Below are positions 39,461 through 53,358 of a stretch of 64,000 bases of DNA, in pieces. Position 1 is the stretch's first letter. Each line of letters starts with the position of its first letter. The stretch lies in NCBI RefSeq assembly GCF_009914755.1, contig NC_060928.1, one strand, 5' to 3'. The stretch is from the human T2T-CHM13v2.0 reference genome, Homo sapiens. Position numbers and translations under genes: made by a program. The notes beneath the pieces are model-generated. The model was given only the letters and a program-made list of their open reading frames with translations. It had not been told where the DNA came from and did no database searches.

Positions 39461-40144
39461 AAGGAGCCAGCTCCCTTAACAGCCTTGCCCTGTAAGCCCA
39501 CCTCTCCCAACCCCAGCCTCCCTTCCATTGTGGTTAAAACCTAGCTGTTTTTCAAGTTCACGTGTGCACATTTGCTTATTTCCTACCCAGAAAGAGCTAA
39601 CAGGGCAGGCCCCTGGCATTGAGGGATGTCTTCTTGGTCTTTAACATAGTCTCTCTACAACCTTTTCCCCTCCACCCCACTCCCACTTTCCACCCAACTG
39701 GGCACAGTGATTTTCTACTTTCTAGTCTCTTCAAGTAATCCTAACAGGAAAAAAATCTGGTCTCAATATTATTCTTTAACTAAAACACACCAAAATTCTC
39801 CAAGCTATTTGTTTACTGAAGAAATGAAAGATCAAGACTGCAATCTCTTGGGAAAACCTGAGGCACTAGGTACAGAGGGGGGGATTTGGGGGAAAGCAGG
39901 GACTTCATTTGGTCCTGGAAGGCATGGTCTCCTCAAGAATTTAAACCATTTCAGAGCCCTGGGGACTAGGTGGAAAGGGACAGAAGGGCCCTAAGATGAC
40001 CTCTTTTTGAGCCCAAAGCTCCTCATCTCTCCACCCAGATGTTGGGGATCCAGAGATGAGAACCACTGCATCCAGATGTGCAGTTCACAACTTACACAAT
40101 TGTCCAGGGCAGCCCTGCCGGCGCTCTCTCCGTTGTGCATTCTC

Positions 40145-40520
40145 AGTGCTTTGTAATGTGATTCCCACTCAGCAAACCTCTTTAAAATGTCTACCATGTT
40201 TCAGGCACTATGCTAAGCATAGAACAAATCAAGATAAATAAAATATATCCTCCAGAAGACACAGTCTAGTGCAGAAAACAGATACCTGAAAATAAATATC
40301 CAGTGTTAAAAAAAAGTCATACACAGAATACTATATCAGCAGAGAAGGAAGATGTAATGTTGCCAAGAAGGATCAGAAAACTTCCAAAGGAGGGTGAAAT
40401 CTGGGGCAGAATCTTTAAGGAAAAAGAGTAGGAATTCCCTATACAGACAAGAATATTCTAGGCAAAAGCTACTGGCTGGGCCAAGGCATGGAGATGTGAG
40501 GTTGGGTGATTTTTGCACAG
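40145..40520 (-). mobile_element. L2 3' portion
   Basis: cactcagcaaac...tctaccatgtttcaggcactatgctaagca...cacagtctagt...aaaacttccaaaggagggtgaaatctg. Confidence 0.6.
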
Positions 40521-40663
40521 CAATTTGGTTTGACTTCTACACTAGATCTCCCCACCATACCTGGAGGCCCCTTAGTTCCTCTTGCCTCACAACCTTTTAG
40601 GTAACTCTGCCCCTAGGCTCTCCTTTGTCTCAAAGGACTGAAAAGTCAAAGAAGAGATTCCTC

Positions 40664-40974
40664 GGCTGGGAGCGGTGGCTCACACCTGTAATCCCAGCAC
40701 TTTGGGAGGCTGAGGTGGGCAGATCACCTGAGGTCAGGAGTTTGAGACTAGTCTGACTAACATGGCAAAATCCTATCTCTACTAAAAATACAAAAATTAG
40801 CCCAGCATGGTAGTGGGTGCCTATAATCCCAGCTACTTGGGAGGCTGAGGCAGGAGAATCGCTTGAACCCGAAAGGCAGAGGTGCCGCAGTGAGCTGAGA
40901 TTGTGCCATTGCACTCCAGCCTGGGCAACAAGAGTGAGACTCCATCAAAAAAAAAAAAAAAAAAAGAGAGAGAG
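40664..40974 (+). mobile_element. AluS (Sq/Sp-like) with A tail grading into (AG)n
   Basis: Full dimer, gcaacaagag diagnostic; TSD agagattcctc at 40653-40663 and 40975-40985. Confidence 0.95.
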
Positions 40975-42120
40975 AGAGATTCCTCAAGTGTGTGCAAAGC
41001 TAAGGGGTCCCAGAAGAGGAAGGATGTTTGCTTGCCTGAACATATCCCATGGTGTATAGATGAGCAGTAAGTCCTTATCTCCTACACCAGAATTCCTCTA
41101 AGTTCATGATATTCCCATTTCCTCATTCAATTAACAAACATTGGGTATCTCTTATATCCCAGCAGCTGTACGAGGAGATACACAGAGAAACCAAACATGC
41201 AGTTGCCTGCATGGTCCTTACTGGTGTGTTTCATGGTGTGTTTCCCCAAGGATTCAGTTGCCTGGACCCAGAGCAGTGACTGACTCTGCTGAATTAGAAA
41301 AGTGAAAAAACATCTTTTTCCTGCCCAACAGCACCTTTCACCCTCTTTGCCAGCTTTAAGACTTCAAGACCACCTCCAAAAACTCCTGAAGGTGGTATAC
41401 AGATTCCACTGTGTTTGGAAGAGGCAGGATGGAGCACTAGAGATAAAAAGAGAAAGGGAGAGACAGGAGAAAAGGAAGAATGACCACTATCCTGCATAGC
41501 TGCCCAGCATCTGCTAAGAAAATAAAAATGGCTATATTTGCAGCCAGAGGCTTGTACCATCAACCACACACAGATCAATATGTGTTTATTGGCATTGACT
41601 CTTCTTTTTGTCAGTTTCTTTTCATTTTTTTCCTTTTGACTTTAAAAATAGTCTCTTCTTTTAGGAGAGAAAGGGATGTCCTTAATTTAACTCTTACAAA
41701 TCTTATCTAATGCATAGTTATCCAGAGGCTTTACTTTATTCAAATGAGAGATATCAGTAAGTTTTAGGTTACTGAAAAGGAAAGATGTGATTTATTAAAA
41801 TCAAATGTTTTCAGAGTATGAAAAGATGTAACCTAGAAGATATGATGGGGAGGAATTCCACAGGCCTATGGCAATTTAAATGTGTTCAAGCCAGTCTCAA
41901 ATGAAGGATATTTTAGATTGTTCATTACTATCTAAAAGAAAAGGAAGAGGAAAAGGAGAAAAAAAGGAGAAGCAGCAATTGCCAAGAGACAGTTGTTCAA
42001 TCCAATAAAGTAATGATCTGTGCAAACTCTAATTATTGTATTTGCAAAACAATATGTGTATAATTTGTGAACTTTCCCCCTCTCTTTCTAACACAATAAA
42101 GGATTCATTTCATAAAAACA

Positions 42121-42470
42121 TTTTGTGTTTCTTTAGAAGATTTGGACAAAAACAATGCATCTTTAACTCTGAAAACACAATAATGGATCCTTGAAAGATT
42201 TATCTGAAATCAAATGCAGTTGTCATTCTATATCGATTATCTTGGCTATTCATTATCATATCCAGTCCATCATTTATATGCAGATGACGCTATCACTTAT
42301 GGTAGTAGATTATGCTGGGAGGAAGCTTAATATTATCTTCAAGCTGATTTAAATGAGCTTTAAGATCATCTGGCACAATCTAACTTACTCTTAAATATTA
42401 ATGGAACAAAGATCATGTTATTTGGCTCAAAACAAAAATTGGGGGAAACTGAAAAACTGGCATGCAGCAT
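42121..42470 (+). mobile_element. Ancient L2/CR1-group LINE reverse transcriptase fossil
   Basis: One frame reads WILERFI*NQMQLSFYIDYL...HLYADDAITY...LQADLNEL*DHLAQSNLLLNINGTKIMLFGSKQKL, matching RT motifs GVPQGSILGPLLF..YINDL, YADD and LQ.DL...N.L.LN..KTK.MLF. Confidence 0.8.
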
Positions 42471-44189
42471 GACCTTGTCGAAAAATCTCAACTATTCAAG
42501 ATTTGAGGTCTATCCTGTCTTCACCTGAGACCAAAAATATAACTGATTAGCATGGAAGGATGGAAGAATCAAAACTTCTTATTCAAGTACATATAGTTCT
42601 TATAGTTCTTTTTCTTCTCCTTAAGAAAAATTGTTTTCCATCTCTGCAGTGTTGGAGTTATGTGCCTTGGGTTTTGTTGGTTTTATTTATCTGAATGCAG
42701 CTCAACATTTGTTAGCCAAGTTAAAGATGCTTTCTCCTCTCTATCTGGACATATTTGCCTTGAATTATACATCTCATAAACATTACCGTCTGTCGTCTTT
42801 TAAACAATTGGCTAAAAATTAGAAGACTCTCAACATTTTGTTGGCATAATAGCTTCCCTCACACTCTATTTCCCAACATCAGACCACTTAACTCTTCTTG
42901 TTCAGTCATCCACATTTTCACAGCAAAATTTAGTGAATGGGGGGAGAAAAAGCAATAGCTGAAAGAATTAATCCTTCGACAGCCCATAGCACTCAAGTTC
43001 TGTGTGTGCCTGCGTGACGTGAGTAAATGTGTGCACGTGCATGTACTTACATGGGAAAATGTCTTAAATTATGTAGATGACCTTTCTGGATCCCTTTTGC
43101 TCTCAAATGTCTCACTAAATCAAAGGAAAATCCCTTGCTGCCAGCCAGGGCTATGATGGGGCTCATGAGATGCCACAGCTGAGGCAAGAACACGGCTGTT
43201 TCCCTGGCTAGTTTCCCTGAAGAGGATGTAGATGCTCACAGAACTGGAGGCTGAGCCCCAGACCTGGCCAGCAGAGACAGCTCAGTCCCTGGCTGGTGAT
43301 GAAACTGAGCCACTTTCAAGACAGAAACGGGGGATGCTCAGGAAGAAAATGATGAAAGCATCTTGGGGCAGATAGCCATCTTTGTTGTTATTGCTAAAGG
43401 TTTTCATTTATTACCACCTGCCTGACTTTTGAAGGATTCACTCAGTCATCAGCTTAATTGAGCCCTAGGCCTAATCATACCCACTAGCAGAAAATGAGAT
43501 GTCATTTTCCAGGGACCTCCTGAAGGTGTCAATAGGAAAGGATGTCCCCTAGAAGGCAGCATGGGCAGGAATCCTGTAGGCCTATGGCAGTATGAAAGCG
43601 TGACAGTATTTTCTTAGTCTTGAATGGTGTGTGCCCATGTGTCTCTGCTCTCATGCTTATTCTGTACTCTGCCTCTCACTTGCAGATATGCCTCCATCTG
43701 CCCTTCTAAGAAAAGGAAGTCGAGTCAGAGAAGGGTTGAGTGTGTATGTAGGTGGATGAATAGATGGTGGTTGAATATAGCAAAAAAACAGGGATGTGTT
43801 TCATTGCTGGCTCAACAGATCTCTCCATACCTTTAGAAAAGAGAGAGAGAAAGGGAGAGAGAGAAGAAGGACTGTGCAAGCAGATGGTACAGTCATCTCT
43901 CAAAAGACAAGTTAACCTGAAGAATTTCACATCTATTAGAGAAGTGGGAAAATGTGCTCACCTAGGGCAAAGCTTAGCTTCCAGACTTCTGTCAAGTGAC
44001 TGCTTCTAATCCTCTTCTTGAAGGCCCAGTTCAAAGTTATCTTTTCTGCAACACTTTCTCTAACTCTCCCAGGAAGACTTCACTCTCTCCTCTGTGCTAC
44101 CATAGCTCTTTGTTCATATCTCATTTAGAGCCCTTCAATTTTGTGTGTGTTAGGATTGCATACATGTTGAAATCTCCACTGGGCCAGTC

Positions 44190-44700
44190 CCAGCCATTGT
44201 CTACCCAGCATCTCTCACAACCCTTCTTCCTTGGCAGCACAACACAACTTGGCTGAGTATTGGCAGTCAGGTGCGTTGGGGGGCTGGGTCCTTCCTCTCC
44301 CAGGCATGTGAGCCCACTTGCTCTCTCCAGCCATGGTGATTCAGTCACACGTCCAGTGCTTCACAGCATGTGACATGGCCTCATCAATGAGGCAGGAGAG
44401 GAAGTGTGCTGGGGCAGAGGCAAGGGGACTTCTAAGAAGTGTTTACTCCTAGCAAAAGACAAAAGGGAAGAGTGTACATATACAGATGTTGCTATGTGGG
44501 AACACGAACACTCAGAGGTGCTGCAACCATCTTGTGGACAAAAGCCACACACTAAGGAAGGCAGAACCCAAAGATGGAAAGGACCTGGATCACTGATGAT
44601 GTCATTGAACTAACCCAGAGACCACACCATCCCTGGGCTTCTTGTCCATTTTGAGTTGTGTCTTCCGCAACTTACAGCCAAAAGCATCCTGATTGGTAAA
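44190..44700 (+). mobile_element. MLT1J/K-like MaLR LTR
   Basis: gctgcaaccatcttgtg...ggcagaacccaaagatggaaaggacctgg...ttacagccaaaagcatcctgatt. Confidence 0.65.
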
Positions 44701-44709
44701 TCCTCTCAA

Positions 44710-44940
44710 CCCATGTCGTGCAATACAACAGCCACTCATCACGTGTGGCTGTTTAAATTGTAATTAATTTTCATTTTATTATAATATATATAATTTAAGA
44801 TTTAGTTCCTTAGTCACACTAGCCACAAATCCAGTAATCCAGTACTCAGTAACCACATGTGGTCAGCGGCTACACTATTGGACAATGCAGAATTACAGAA
44901 CAACTCCAACACCTCAGAAAGATGCCTCCCACAGCATGGC
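44710..44940 (+). mobile_element. MER3 DNA transposon
   Basis: agccactcatcacgtgtggctgtttaaatt...ttagttccttagtcacactagccaca...ccacatgtgg...tattggacaatgcag. Confidence 0.75.
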
Positions 44941-45232
44941 TCTCACCTAAGACAAAAACCAGATTGTTTTCGTCTCTTTTCCTGGTGGATCACTGTGAAA
45001 CAAAAATGCTGAATAAAGGAATGGGTTGTTTAAGTATTGTCTATTCTGAAGGAACTAGTCCTACTGGGTTCTAACAAATTTTTGAAAGTAGGGGCATCCC
45101 TCCCCACCCCAGTGATTCTTCAGTTCAGGCAGGTGGCAACGTCTGTGGTCACAGTCATCAACTCACTGCCTGGCTCCACTCCCTCTCCCTCCCGCAAACA
45201 GCAGCCCTCTTCAGGCTGTTCCCTGTGCTGTC

Positions 45233-45516
45233 TTTTTTTTTTTTTTTTTCTGAGATGGAGTCTTGCTCTGTCACCCAGGCTGGAGTGCAGTGGCGTGATC
45301 TTGGCTCACTGCAACCTCTGCCTCCCGGGTTCAAGTGATTCTCCTGCCTTGAACCACAGGCACCCGCCACCATGCCTGGCTAATTTTTGTATTTTTAGTA
45401 GAGACGGGGGTTTCACAATATTGACCAGGCTGGTCTCGAACTCCTGACCCCAAGTGATCAGCTGCTTTAGCCTCCCAAAGTGCTGGGATTACAGGCTTGG
45501 GCCACCATGCCCGGCC
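45233..45516 (-). mobile_element. AluS with small internal deletion
   Basis: Lacks cagcctcccgagtagctggg near 45350; TSD ctgtgctgtctttt at 45223-45236 and 45519-45532. Confidence 0.93.
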
Positions 45517-47009
45517 CTCTGTGCTGTCTTTTAACCATCTCCAGGAATCCGACCTTTTTCAGCCTTACTTTATGCCTCCAAAGTCCTCACTGACCTCTCT
45601 GCCTCTGAAAATCACAGATGCAGATAAAATATTCCTTTGATCCATGTTTGCTCCATACTTCAGGGTAGTGTAGACATAAGAACTGTGTCTGTGTCGACAG
45701 AAGCTGCCCACACACCAGCCAGACATGACAGCATTCCAGCTTTGCCTGTCAAGAGCCAGAGGCCTCCAGGGGCGGCGCTCCTCCCCCTCCTCCACACAAA
45801 CCTGGTGTCTGTCCTTCTGTCCTGTTGCTGAGCAGTGCTTCATCACCAAAACCCAAAGCATTGCCCCGCCCCTCAGGGAAAGAGAGTGCACTCGGAATAA
45901 AGCCCTGAGTGAAAGTAAAGGGCACACGGTCCATGGAAACTTCTGCAGAAGCATCCTGCAGCTCCTTTAGAGTCCAAAGGCAGGATCTGCCTCAGTAGCC
46001 TGGGTGAATGGCTGCCAGGAGGATGCCAGGCAGTGCCCTCTCCTTCAGCCTCAGGTCCCGGGAAGGAAACTCTGCCCTTCACCATCAGAGAAGTCCACCT
46101 TCTGTTGTTTGAATGGCTGGGGAAAGAGGCTTGACTAAGCCCGATGGGGCATGGATTAGGGTTTCTCCTGCTTTCCCCAACCCTTCCCTCTTGCCTGCAA
46201 TGTGGTACATAGGCGCTTTAAATAGTAACTGAGTTTTAGAGCTTTTGCCCTTGTAGCCACTTAAAAGTCTTTGGTCATAGGGCAGCCCACCAGAGAAGGC
46301 CAAAAATTAAGCTCTTTGGGTTTGTCCCAGCCCTTTGCCTTTCTCAGTAGAACTGCCATTATTTTCATCCTAACCCTTTGCATCAATTCTGCCACCTCCT
46401 GCCCACACGCACACTTCACAGCCATGCGCAAATGGCTCCTGGGAGCCACATGTTGCTGAAAGGACTGTGATTTAGGCTCTGATCAGTTCAGGATGCCTGA
46501 TGTGGATGCTGGGGTGCTACTCATCTCTGAGGGGTGCCTTCAAGATTCATGATCTGTTGTTCTTTCTGGGGTGCCCAGGAGGGCTCTCTGCCAAGAGGCC
46601 AGAAACACAGGCCTCCTATTGTTCTGACAGTGACTGGGGAGTGGGGTGTATGTCTCCCACAGGGGCCTAACTCTACCAACCCCTGGGTTTGAAGAGGTAT
46701 TTTATTAAGCAATGTTGACATGCTTGGCTTTAATTAGTGTCTTCACGATGTGCCAATTTTATAGGCTTGATCTTATAAATATGAACTTTGAACTGCAGTG
46801 TGTCATATGTGAATGAGAAAGATCTCAATTCAGTGAAGCCAGGGGTGAAATGCCACAGTGCATAGACAGCTACAAGAGATCTATGGCTGGGCTCCATTCT
46901 CAGCTCAGTCCTCGTGCTCTGTTGTGTGACCTCCCAAGTGACCGCAGGCAGAAGTCTAGTGAGTTCAGCAAGAAGCAAGCCCATCTATCTCCACCCCAAG
47001 GCGCGAGGG

Positions 47010-47230
47010 GGTAGTTGTGAGCTCTGACTACAGAGTCAGAATGACAGGGGTGTGCCCCAGCCCCCTTGGCTTATTAGCTGTCTTATGTCATTCATCTTAG
47101 TTTTTCTGAGCCTCGGCTTCCTCACTTCTTAAAATTCAGATTATAATGATGGAATCATTCTCTGAAAGCTGCTGTGAAGATTTGAATGTGGTGCCTGGCG
47201 CCACCCTAAGTCCTCCATAAATTAAAGGTG
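47010..47230 (+). mobile_element. MIR SINE
   Basis: agagtcaga...cttattagctgt...tctgagcctcggcttcctcac...gctgtgaagatttgaatg. Confidence 0.7.
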
Positions 47231-48549
47231 CAGCTTTTTTTTGTTTATTTGTTGTTTGCAGGGAGCTGGGAACAGGGGGAGCAGCTGCAGGCAGATGAAG
47301 CCTGAAGGACTCTGGGGTCTGGGGACCACAGAGAACTAAGTCAGGATGCACACTGGATGGAAATAGATTTATTCCAGAGAAATATTTGAGTGCAGCATTG
47401 GCTTGTCTTGAACTCAGTCCAAAGAAGAAGTTACTGCCAAATGGACCCCATAATGAGGCTGGGGTTTTTGGTGTGTGTTTTTTTAAATCAATAATGCAGA
47501 GGAGGAGGGCTGGAGCATGAGGTCCTTGTGGAAGGGGAGGTTTTACTGTCACCAAGAAACAGTTCATCTCTCACAGACTCAAAGAAGCTCACTGGAGCTT
47601 GGCCAGGGTGGCTGCAGCCCAGAGCTTTGAAGTCAACTGTTCTTCGGTTTCTCCTTTTTCTCTGTTCTTCTTCTTTTTTTTTCACTGCTTTTGTTGTTGT
47701 TCGTGTATACATGTATGTTGTGGTTTTGCTTTTGTTTTCATGGTGCATTTCCCTTTGATTTCCCTTTGAAAATTCCATGTGTCTGGGTTGTGTGATGGGG
47801 AACAGGGAAAGGTATTTGGGCTTTGTCCGTGTTGGACCCAAGAAAGAGAGGTCCCTCGGGCTTGAGAGTGCTGAAGGCCACCTCAGGAGCCCATCTCCAA
47901 AGATGGAAACTGTCAGCCTCCACCAGAGCCTTCCTCAGGACCTTCATCTGCCAAACCCAGGAGACCTCTGTATCCTTCGAAAGTACAGGCGGTTCTGTGG
48001 GATCAAGGACATGGAAGCACCATGGGGCAGCTCAGTGCAGGGCAGAGGAGACCTGGCTTGGGAGGCAGGAGCCGCTGGCATTTAACCTTCCATCCTTTCT
48101 ACTGAAGAGTCCCTCAGCACTAACAGTTTGTCATCTTAACCTAAGCCAAGCAAGTGCTTTAGATGGTTTAAATCCAAGACACTAAACTGACCTGAGAAGG
48201 AAAGGGATAAGGAACAGGAGATCAGGTGGAAGTCCAAGGAACTCATCCTTGCATCCAAAACAAAATGAAGAGTCAAGTGTCCCACATCAGTCCCTTCCAA
48301 TCCACCTCTTTTACACAACCTGCCAGGCCAAGCCTGAGCAGACAGTGGGGATGAGATGGAAAGGAAGAGCTAATGTGAGAGTCTCTGTAAAGGAAGAATC
48401 CAAAGTGCCTGGAAACTAGTCAGGCTAATTCTCGCTAAAGTGATAGCGACTTCATAGATATTTCCTGCCAGAAGTACTTTTATTTAGAAGGAAGACACTA
48501 AGAAAGAGAAAAAGATCATAAGAGAAAGTCAATGCCTAGCCTAAAAGCA

Positions 48550-48800
48550 ATACTTTCCAGTCCCAAGCACTACTCCTTCAAAACATGAGTTGAGCATTGC
48601 ATAAATTTTGGAAAACTGCCGCATACTGTCTTTCTTAGAGGTTCACCAATTAACATTAACACTTTAACAGCTGGGATAAGACTTGGGTTAAAAAAGCCTT
48701 TTCAACTTTGTTTAACCCCTTGTTTCTCAAATGCTTCCATCACAAAACGCTTTCCCATCTCCAAGTAAAAACTATTAACATCCCAAATTCTGCACCTCAG
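48550..48800. mobile_element. Charlie4z-like hAT fragment
   Basis: tttggaaaactgccgcatac...aactttgtttaacccc...tattaacatccc resembles a recalled Charlie4z consensus. Confidence 0.5.
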
Positions 48801-49629
48801 CCTAAAGCCTAAAGCAATGTATCTTTAACAATGAGATTTTAGGTACCTTCAAAAAAACAGGAGTATCATCCCCATCTGGGTGTCCCCTCCTCTCCCAACC
48901 CCCTTAATTTACCCGGGCAGGGCCACTGGATAGATGTAGAATCCAGGAAAGGCCCAGATCAGGGATAAGAGCATATCTGCATGCCAACCAAAAGTAACAT
49001 CAGAGAGGTGCTGACTATTCAGGCCAAGGCTAAAACCTGAAGCCCAAGGACAGCTGCTAGGCATTAGGGGACAGGAACAAGCATGGGACAAGAGCTTGAG
49101 ATAAGCTCAGACTGAAGTGGGTTTTATTGCACCAGTCCCATAAGTGGCCTCTCTGGCATGGGGGTGTCTTAAAGACACCACATGGCCTTACAGACTGGTA
49201 CTTCCCAAAGCATACCAGAAAGCCAGCCTTGTAAATAATCATGCATTTGGTTAAATGCTCACAGTCGCCAAGAACAGTAATAAGGAACTAAGAGTAAGGC
49301 CTGCTCTAATGTCAGCATTCGTAACTAAGGGGCTATGGTACTAACTCGAAGGATAGAGAAATTAAGATTCCAGATCACATGGGAGCAGACTCTGCTAATG
49401 AGGGTAAGAAATTACCGTCTTGGTGTGAAATGACACAATATAGACCCATTCTCCCTAGCAGATTTGCAATGGAAGATGGATGATCTAATTGGCCAGTACA
49501 GATCACATTGCGTTCCATGCAGGACTCGGGTAGCACAGACCTGTCAGGATGAGAAAATGAGTCACCGTGTGCATGCACAGTAATCACCGTCACAGAGAAG
49601 TGGGTGAACAAGTTCCACAAATTTTTCGG

Positions 49630-49825
49630 TAATAGGGACTAACGCTTGCTGAATGCTCCCCCTGTGACAAGTGCCGGGCTAAGCACTTTACCTGGATTAT
49701 CTCATTTAATCCTCACAGCAGCTCCATGAAGCTCAAGAAGGTTAAGCAGCTTGCCCCAGGTCAGGGATAGAACCGGTGTTGCGCTCTGCATTCAGTCTCC
49801 AGAGCCCATGCTTAGCCATTGGCTC
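49630..49825 (-). mobile_element. MIR SINE
   Basis: gctaagcactttacctggattatctcatttaatcctcacagc...aggttaagcagcttgccccaggtca. Confidence 0.8.
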
Positions 49826-50059
49826 TTTCCATCCCTGCATCAGGCCCATTGAGGTTCCCCCCATCTTGTTACTTTCACTACATACCCATGCAGCGTCCTC
49901 TCCCCACAACGCGATCCCATCTGTTTTTGCTGACAGTTAGGTCTCTAAACCAGCACTTACCTAATAGGCTACTGGTAGGCTGAGATTTGACGCTCCCCTA
50001 CCAATCCGAGGGGCAGGAGTGTAGGACCTGGGATGGCCACATCTTGGGCTGGTAGTCCT

Positions 50060-50721
50060 GGGTGCCAACCATTAAGCTACTGCCTCCCAGCTCCAAACCT
50101 ACCCTCTGTACTTGGGTCTGTGACGCTGGGGCTGGGGGGCTGCAAATACATTTCTCCTTTTACAGATAACTCCCCAGATGGTCCTCAAGTGAGGCATTGA
50201 AGGGAGACTGGGAGGCAGGAGGCGGCAGAGAAGACTTGCTCCTTCCCACATGCTGGCTGTTCCTGGCAGTGGTGACCTGGCATTGGCTCTTTAGCCCCAC
50301 AGCAGCAGTGGGTTCCAGTTTCCAGCTTTTCCCTACCCTCCCAGAACCAGCCTTATTATGCCCCTCAGAGGTACTAGCAGCATCCAGGCAGTGCCCCTCC
50401 CCAGAAGCAGGTTCCCGGGTCCCTGGGCTCCATCCTCCAAGCTCCTAAGGTACCAGCGGTCCCCGAGCAGCCACCCCTGCTCAGAGAACTGGTCCTAGCT
50501 CCCTAGGTCCCTCTTCCAAGCTCCAAGGTCTGATAATCCAAACTTCTAGCCTCTTTTCCCCAGCCTAGAGGAGGCAGCTGCAATTCCTCCATTTGGATTA
50601 CTTCTGTCTTCTCTACTTTCTCAGTCCTAATGCTTGTTCAACCAATTCCCCATATTCAGCTCGGTCTGTTACTGTATCTAGAGTGGTTTCTGATGTCCTG
50701 AACTGGACTCTGATTGATGTA
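50060..50721 (+). mobile_element. LTR33B-like ERVL LTR
   Basis: tgcctcccagctccaaacc...tgtgacgctggggctggg...gacttgctccttcc...gagtggtttctg...gaactggactctgattgatgta. Confidence 0.7.
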
Positions 50722-51814
50722 TCTAGTCATCTCAGTGTGCCGTAAAAACATCATTTTCTATGTGTGTCATGACAGTGAAAAGGCTTGTGAATCCCCACCC
50801 CCTCCATGACAACCTGGGCCCTAGAAAAGCAGCCATTAGATGATATAGCCAGCATTCATTCTCCAGTATACATGCCCAAGAAAATAATTTCAAAATTAGA
50901 GTCCAAAGGGTGCTAGCGAGCATTTAATTGTCCTGGACACATGCCTAAGTCCTCCTAGAACTGGACACACAGACCAGCCTTGATTGTCATTTACACTGAA
51001 ACCACAGGCATCTCTGAGTAGCAGCAGACAGCTTCTCTTCTGTGCTCCAAAGTTAAGCTATTATGACACAAGAAGGCTTAAATTCAGACTTCTTTAAGTA
51101 TTAAAAGCAGAAGTCTGAGATTGCAGCCCCATATTCAGCTTATCTTTTTTTCTGTTAATCAATCACCCAGTATTTATTGAGCACAAGTAGATGCCTGTCC
51201 AAGAAAGAGATGCACTTGCAAATGAGTATGGAAGGTACCCGCTAGATATGCATTCACTTCCCTTTACAGCCCTACTGGGCTTTCAGTGACTGCTCAATAG
51301 GCACTTTTCATAATTCCCCATTGTTGTCAGGCTATTTTTATCCTTCCCGTATGAATCAGAGTATGACTTACTGTCCCACTGTTAAAATCCTTATTCTGGC
51401 AAAACCATTATTATTTATTTGTTTGGTATCTTTCAAAAAAATTTTATGGCTTGAACCCTCATCTCAAAATTAAATAATCTCATCATTAAATACCTTATGC
51501 TGGATGGACAAAAGTAAATGACATCAATATGTGGACAACTTATAAAAACAGCAACTTAAAAGGCCAGGTCAGCCACATCCCCGTTATCTAGATGCTCTTT
51601 AGAAGGGAGGCACTGAGCCACTCTCCATACCAGGCTGTGGCCAGAATTGGCCTGTTCTGTGCAGTAACTTAGAGACCAGCATTCCAGATGAGCTGATTCA
51701 AAATTAATCATTTGGGGCAAAATGCATCCTAAGTAATGTCAACTTAGTAATAACAGTAATAATACTTAGTAATTATTCAGTACAGCTCAAAATTCCCTGT
51801 TCATATTAATCCGT

Positions 51815-52305
51815 TGTTAAGAGCTAAATTGTTCCCCATCCCCCACTACCAAATTCATATGTGAAAACCCTAACGGCCAGTTCCTCAGAATGTGGCTGCA
51901 TTTGGAGATAGGGTCTTCAAAGAGGTAATTAAGTTAAAATGAGGCTGTTAGGGTGTACCCTAATGCAATCTGACTGATGTCATTTATAAGGATAGAGGGA
52001 GAGGGAGAGGGAATAGAGGATAAGGAAGAGGAGAAAGGGGAAAGGGGAGGGAAAGAGAGAAGGGGCGGGGAGGAGAGGGAGAGGAAGAGACCAGACGGGC
52101 ACACACACAGAGGCACTATGTGAAGACACCAGATCATCAGAAGACAGCCATCTGCAAGCCCAGGAGAAAGGTCTTAAAAGGAAGCAACCATGTCTATGCC
52201 TTAATCTTGTTCTTGACTCTAAAATTGTGAGCTGTTGTGTAAGCTACTCAGTGTTACCTATGACTGAGTGGCATTTTGCTATGGCAACACTAACAAACTA
52301 ATATG
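51815..52305 (+). mobile_element. MLT1B-like MaLR LTR with internal purine-rich expansion
   Basis: cctcagaatgtggctgcatttggagatagggtctt...aagttaaaatgagg...atgtgaagacac...gccatctgcaagcc. Confidence 0.88.
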
Positions 52306-52314
52306 CCCATGAAC

Positions 52315-52624
52315 TTTTTTTTTTTTTTTTTTTTTATGAGACGGAGTCTCACTCTGTCTCCCAGGCTAGAGTGCAGTGGCACGATCTTGGCTCACTGCAA
52401 CCTCCTCCTCCCGGCCTCAAACAATTCTGTCTTCCTGCCTCAGCCTCCAGAGTAGCTGGGACTACAGGTGCACACCACCATCCCCAGCTAATTTTTTGTA
52501 TTTTTAGTAGAATCAGGTTTTACCATGTTTGTCAGGCTGGTCTCAAACTCCTGACCTCAGGTGATCTGCCCACTTCAGCTTCCCAAAATGCTGGGATTAC
52601 AGGCATGAGCCACTGCGCCCAGCC
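52315..52624 (-). mobile_element. AluS (Sx/Sz-like)
   Basis: Full dimer; TSD cccatgaacttt at 52306-52317 and 52626-52637. Confidence 0.95.
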
Positions 52625-53358
52625 ACCCATGAACTTTCAGAATAGTTTCTAACATGGAAAATCTACTTGGCTACAGATCTTTTCTTTACTTTTCAAGTGG
52701 ATAAAAATGAAGCAGGAAAAGATTGGCGAACTTTGCCGGCATCTCTTAGCTCAGCCCTGGATGGATGGGATTTAGCCCGACCCTCTCCCTTCTCTGCTCA
52801 CCACAGCTCTGTTCTCCAGCCTGACTGATAAGGTGGGAAAACCAGTATTAAGCACATATTTTCAAAGAACAATCAACTCTTGATTATCCATTATTAATGT
52901 GGAACAGAGCCTGCATAGAAAATTAAAATCCACATACATTCCAAACCCCAGTATTAGCCATTAATGTCAACCTGCTCAAACACTTCAGACTTCATCAACC
53001 CCTGCTGTTTTCCTTTGAGGAAAAGCCTAGCAGTGTTATGAATTTATCTATTACCTTTAACTATCCATAAAATATCATGCAGTTGGGAAAGCCCCAACTT
53101 CTCTTTGGTAGAAATGTTCTAAAGTGTATATGTATTCTTAGGGGAGAAAAGGAAATTTTATATCCTTGACTTATTTTTAAATTGAAATGTTAAATTAACA
53201 TTTTGTAAGATGGCATGCAAAATAGTTGGTGTAGTATTTCATAATCCTGTGTTTTAAAGAGAGGAATAATGTATTTTCCCAGGTAAACCAACTAGAACCC
53301 ACTAAAAAATTATCTCAAAATCATAATGCTAGAAGACCTCTAATGAATCATTTAGTAG

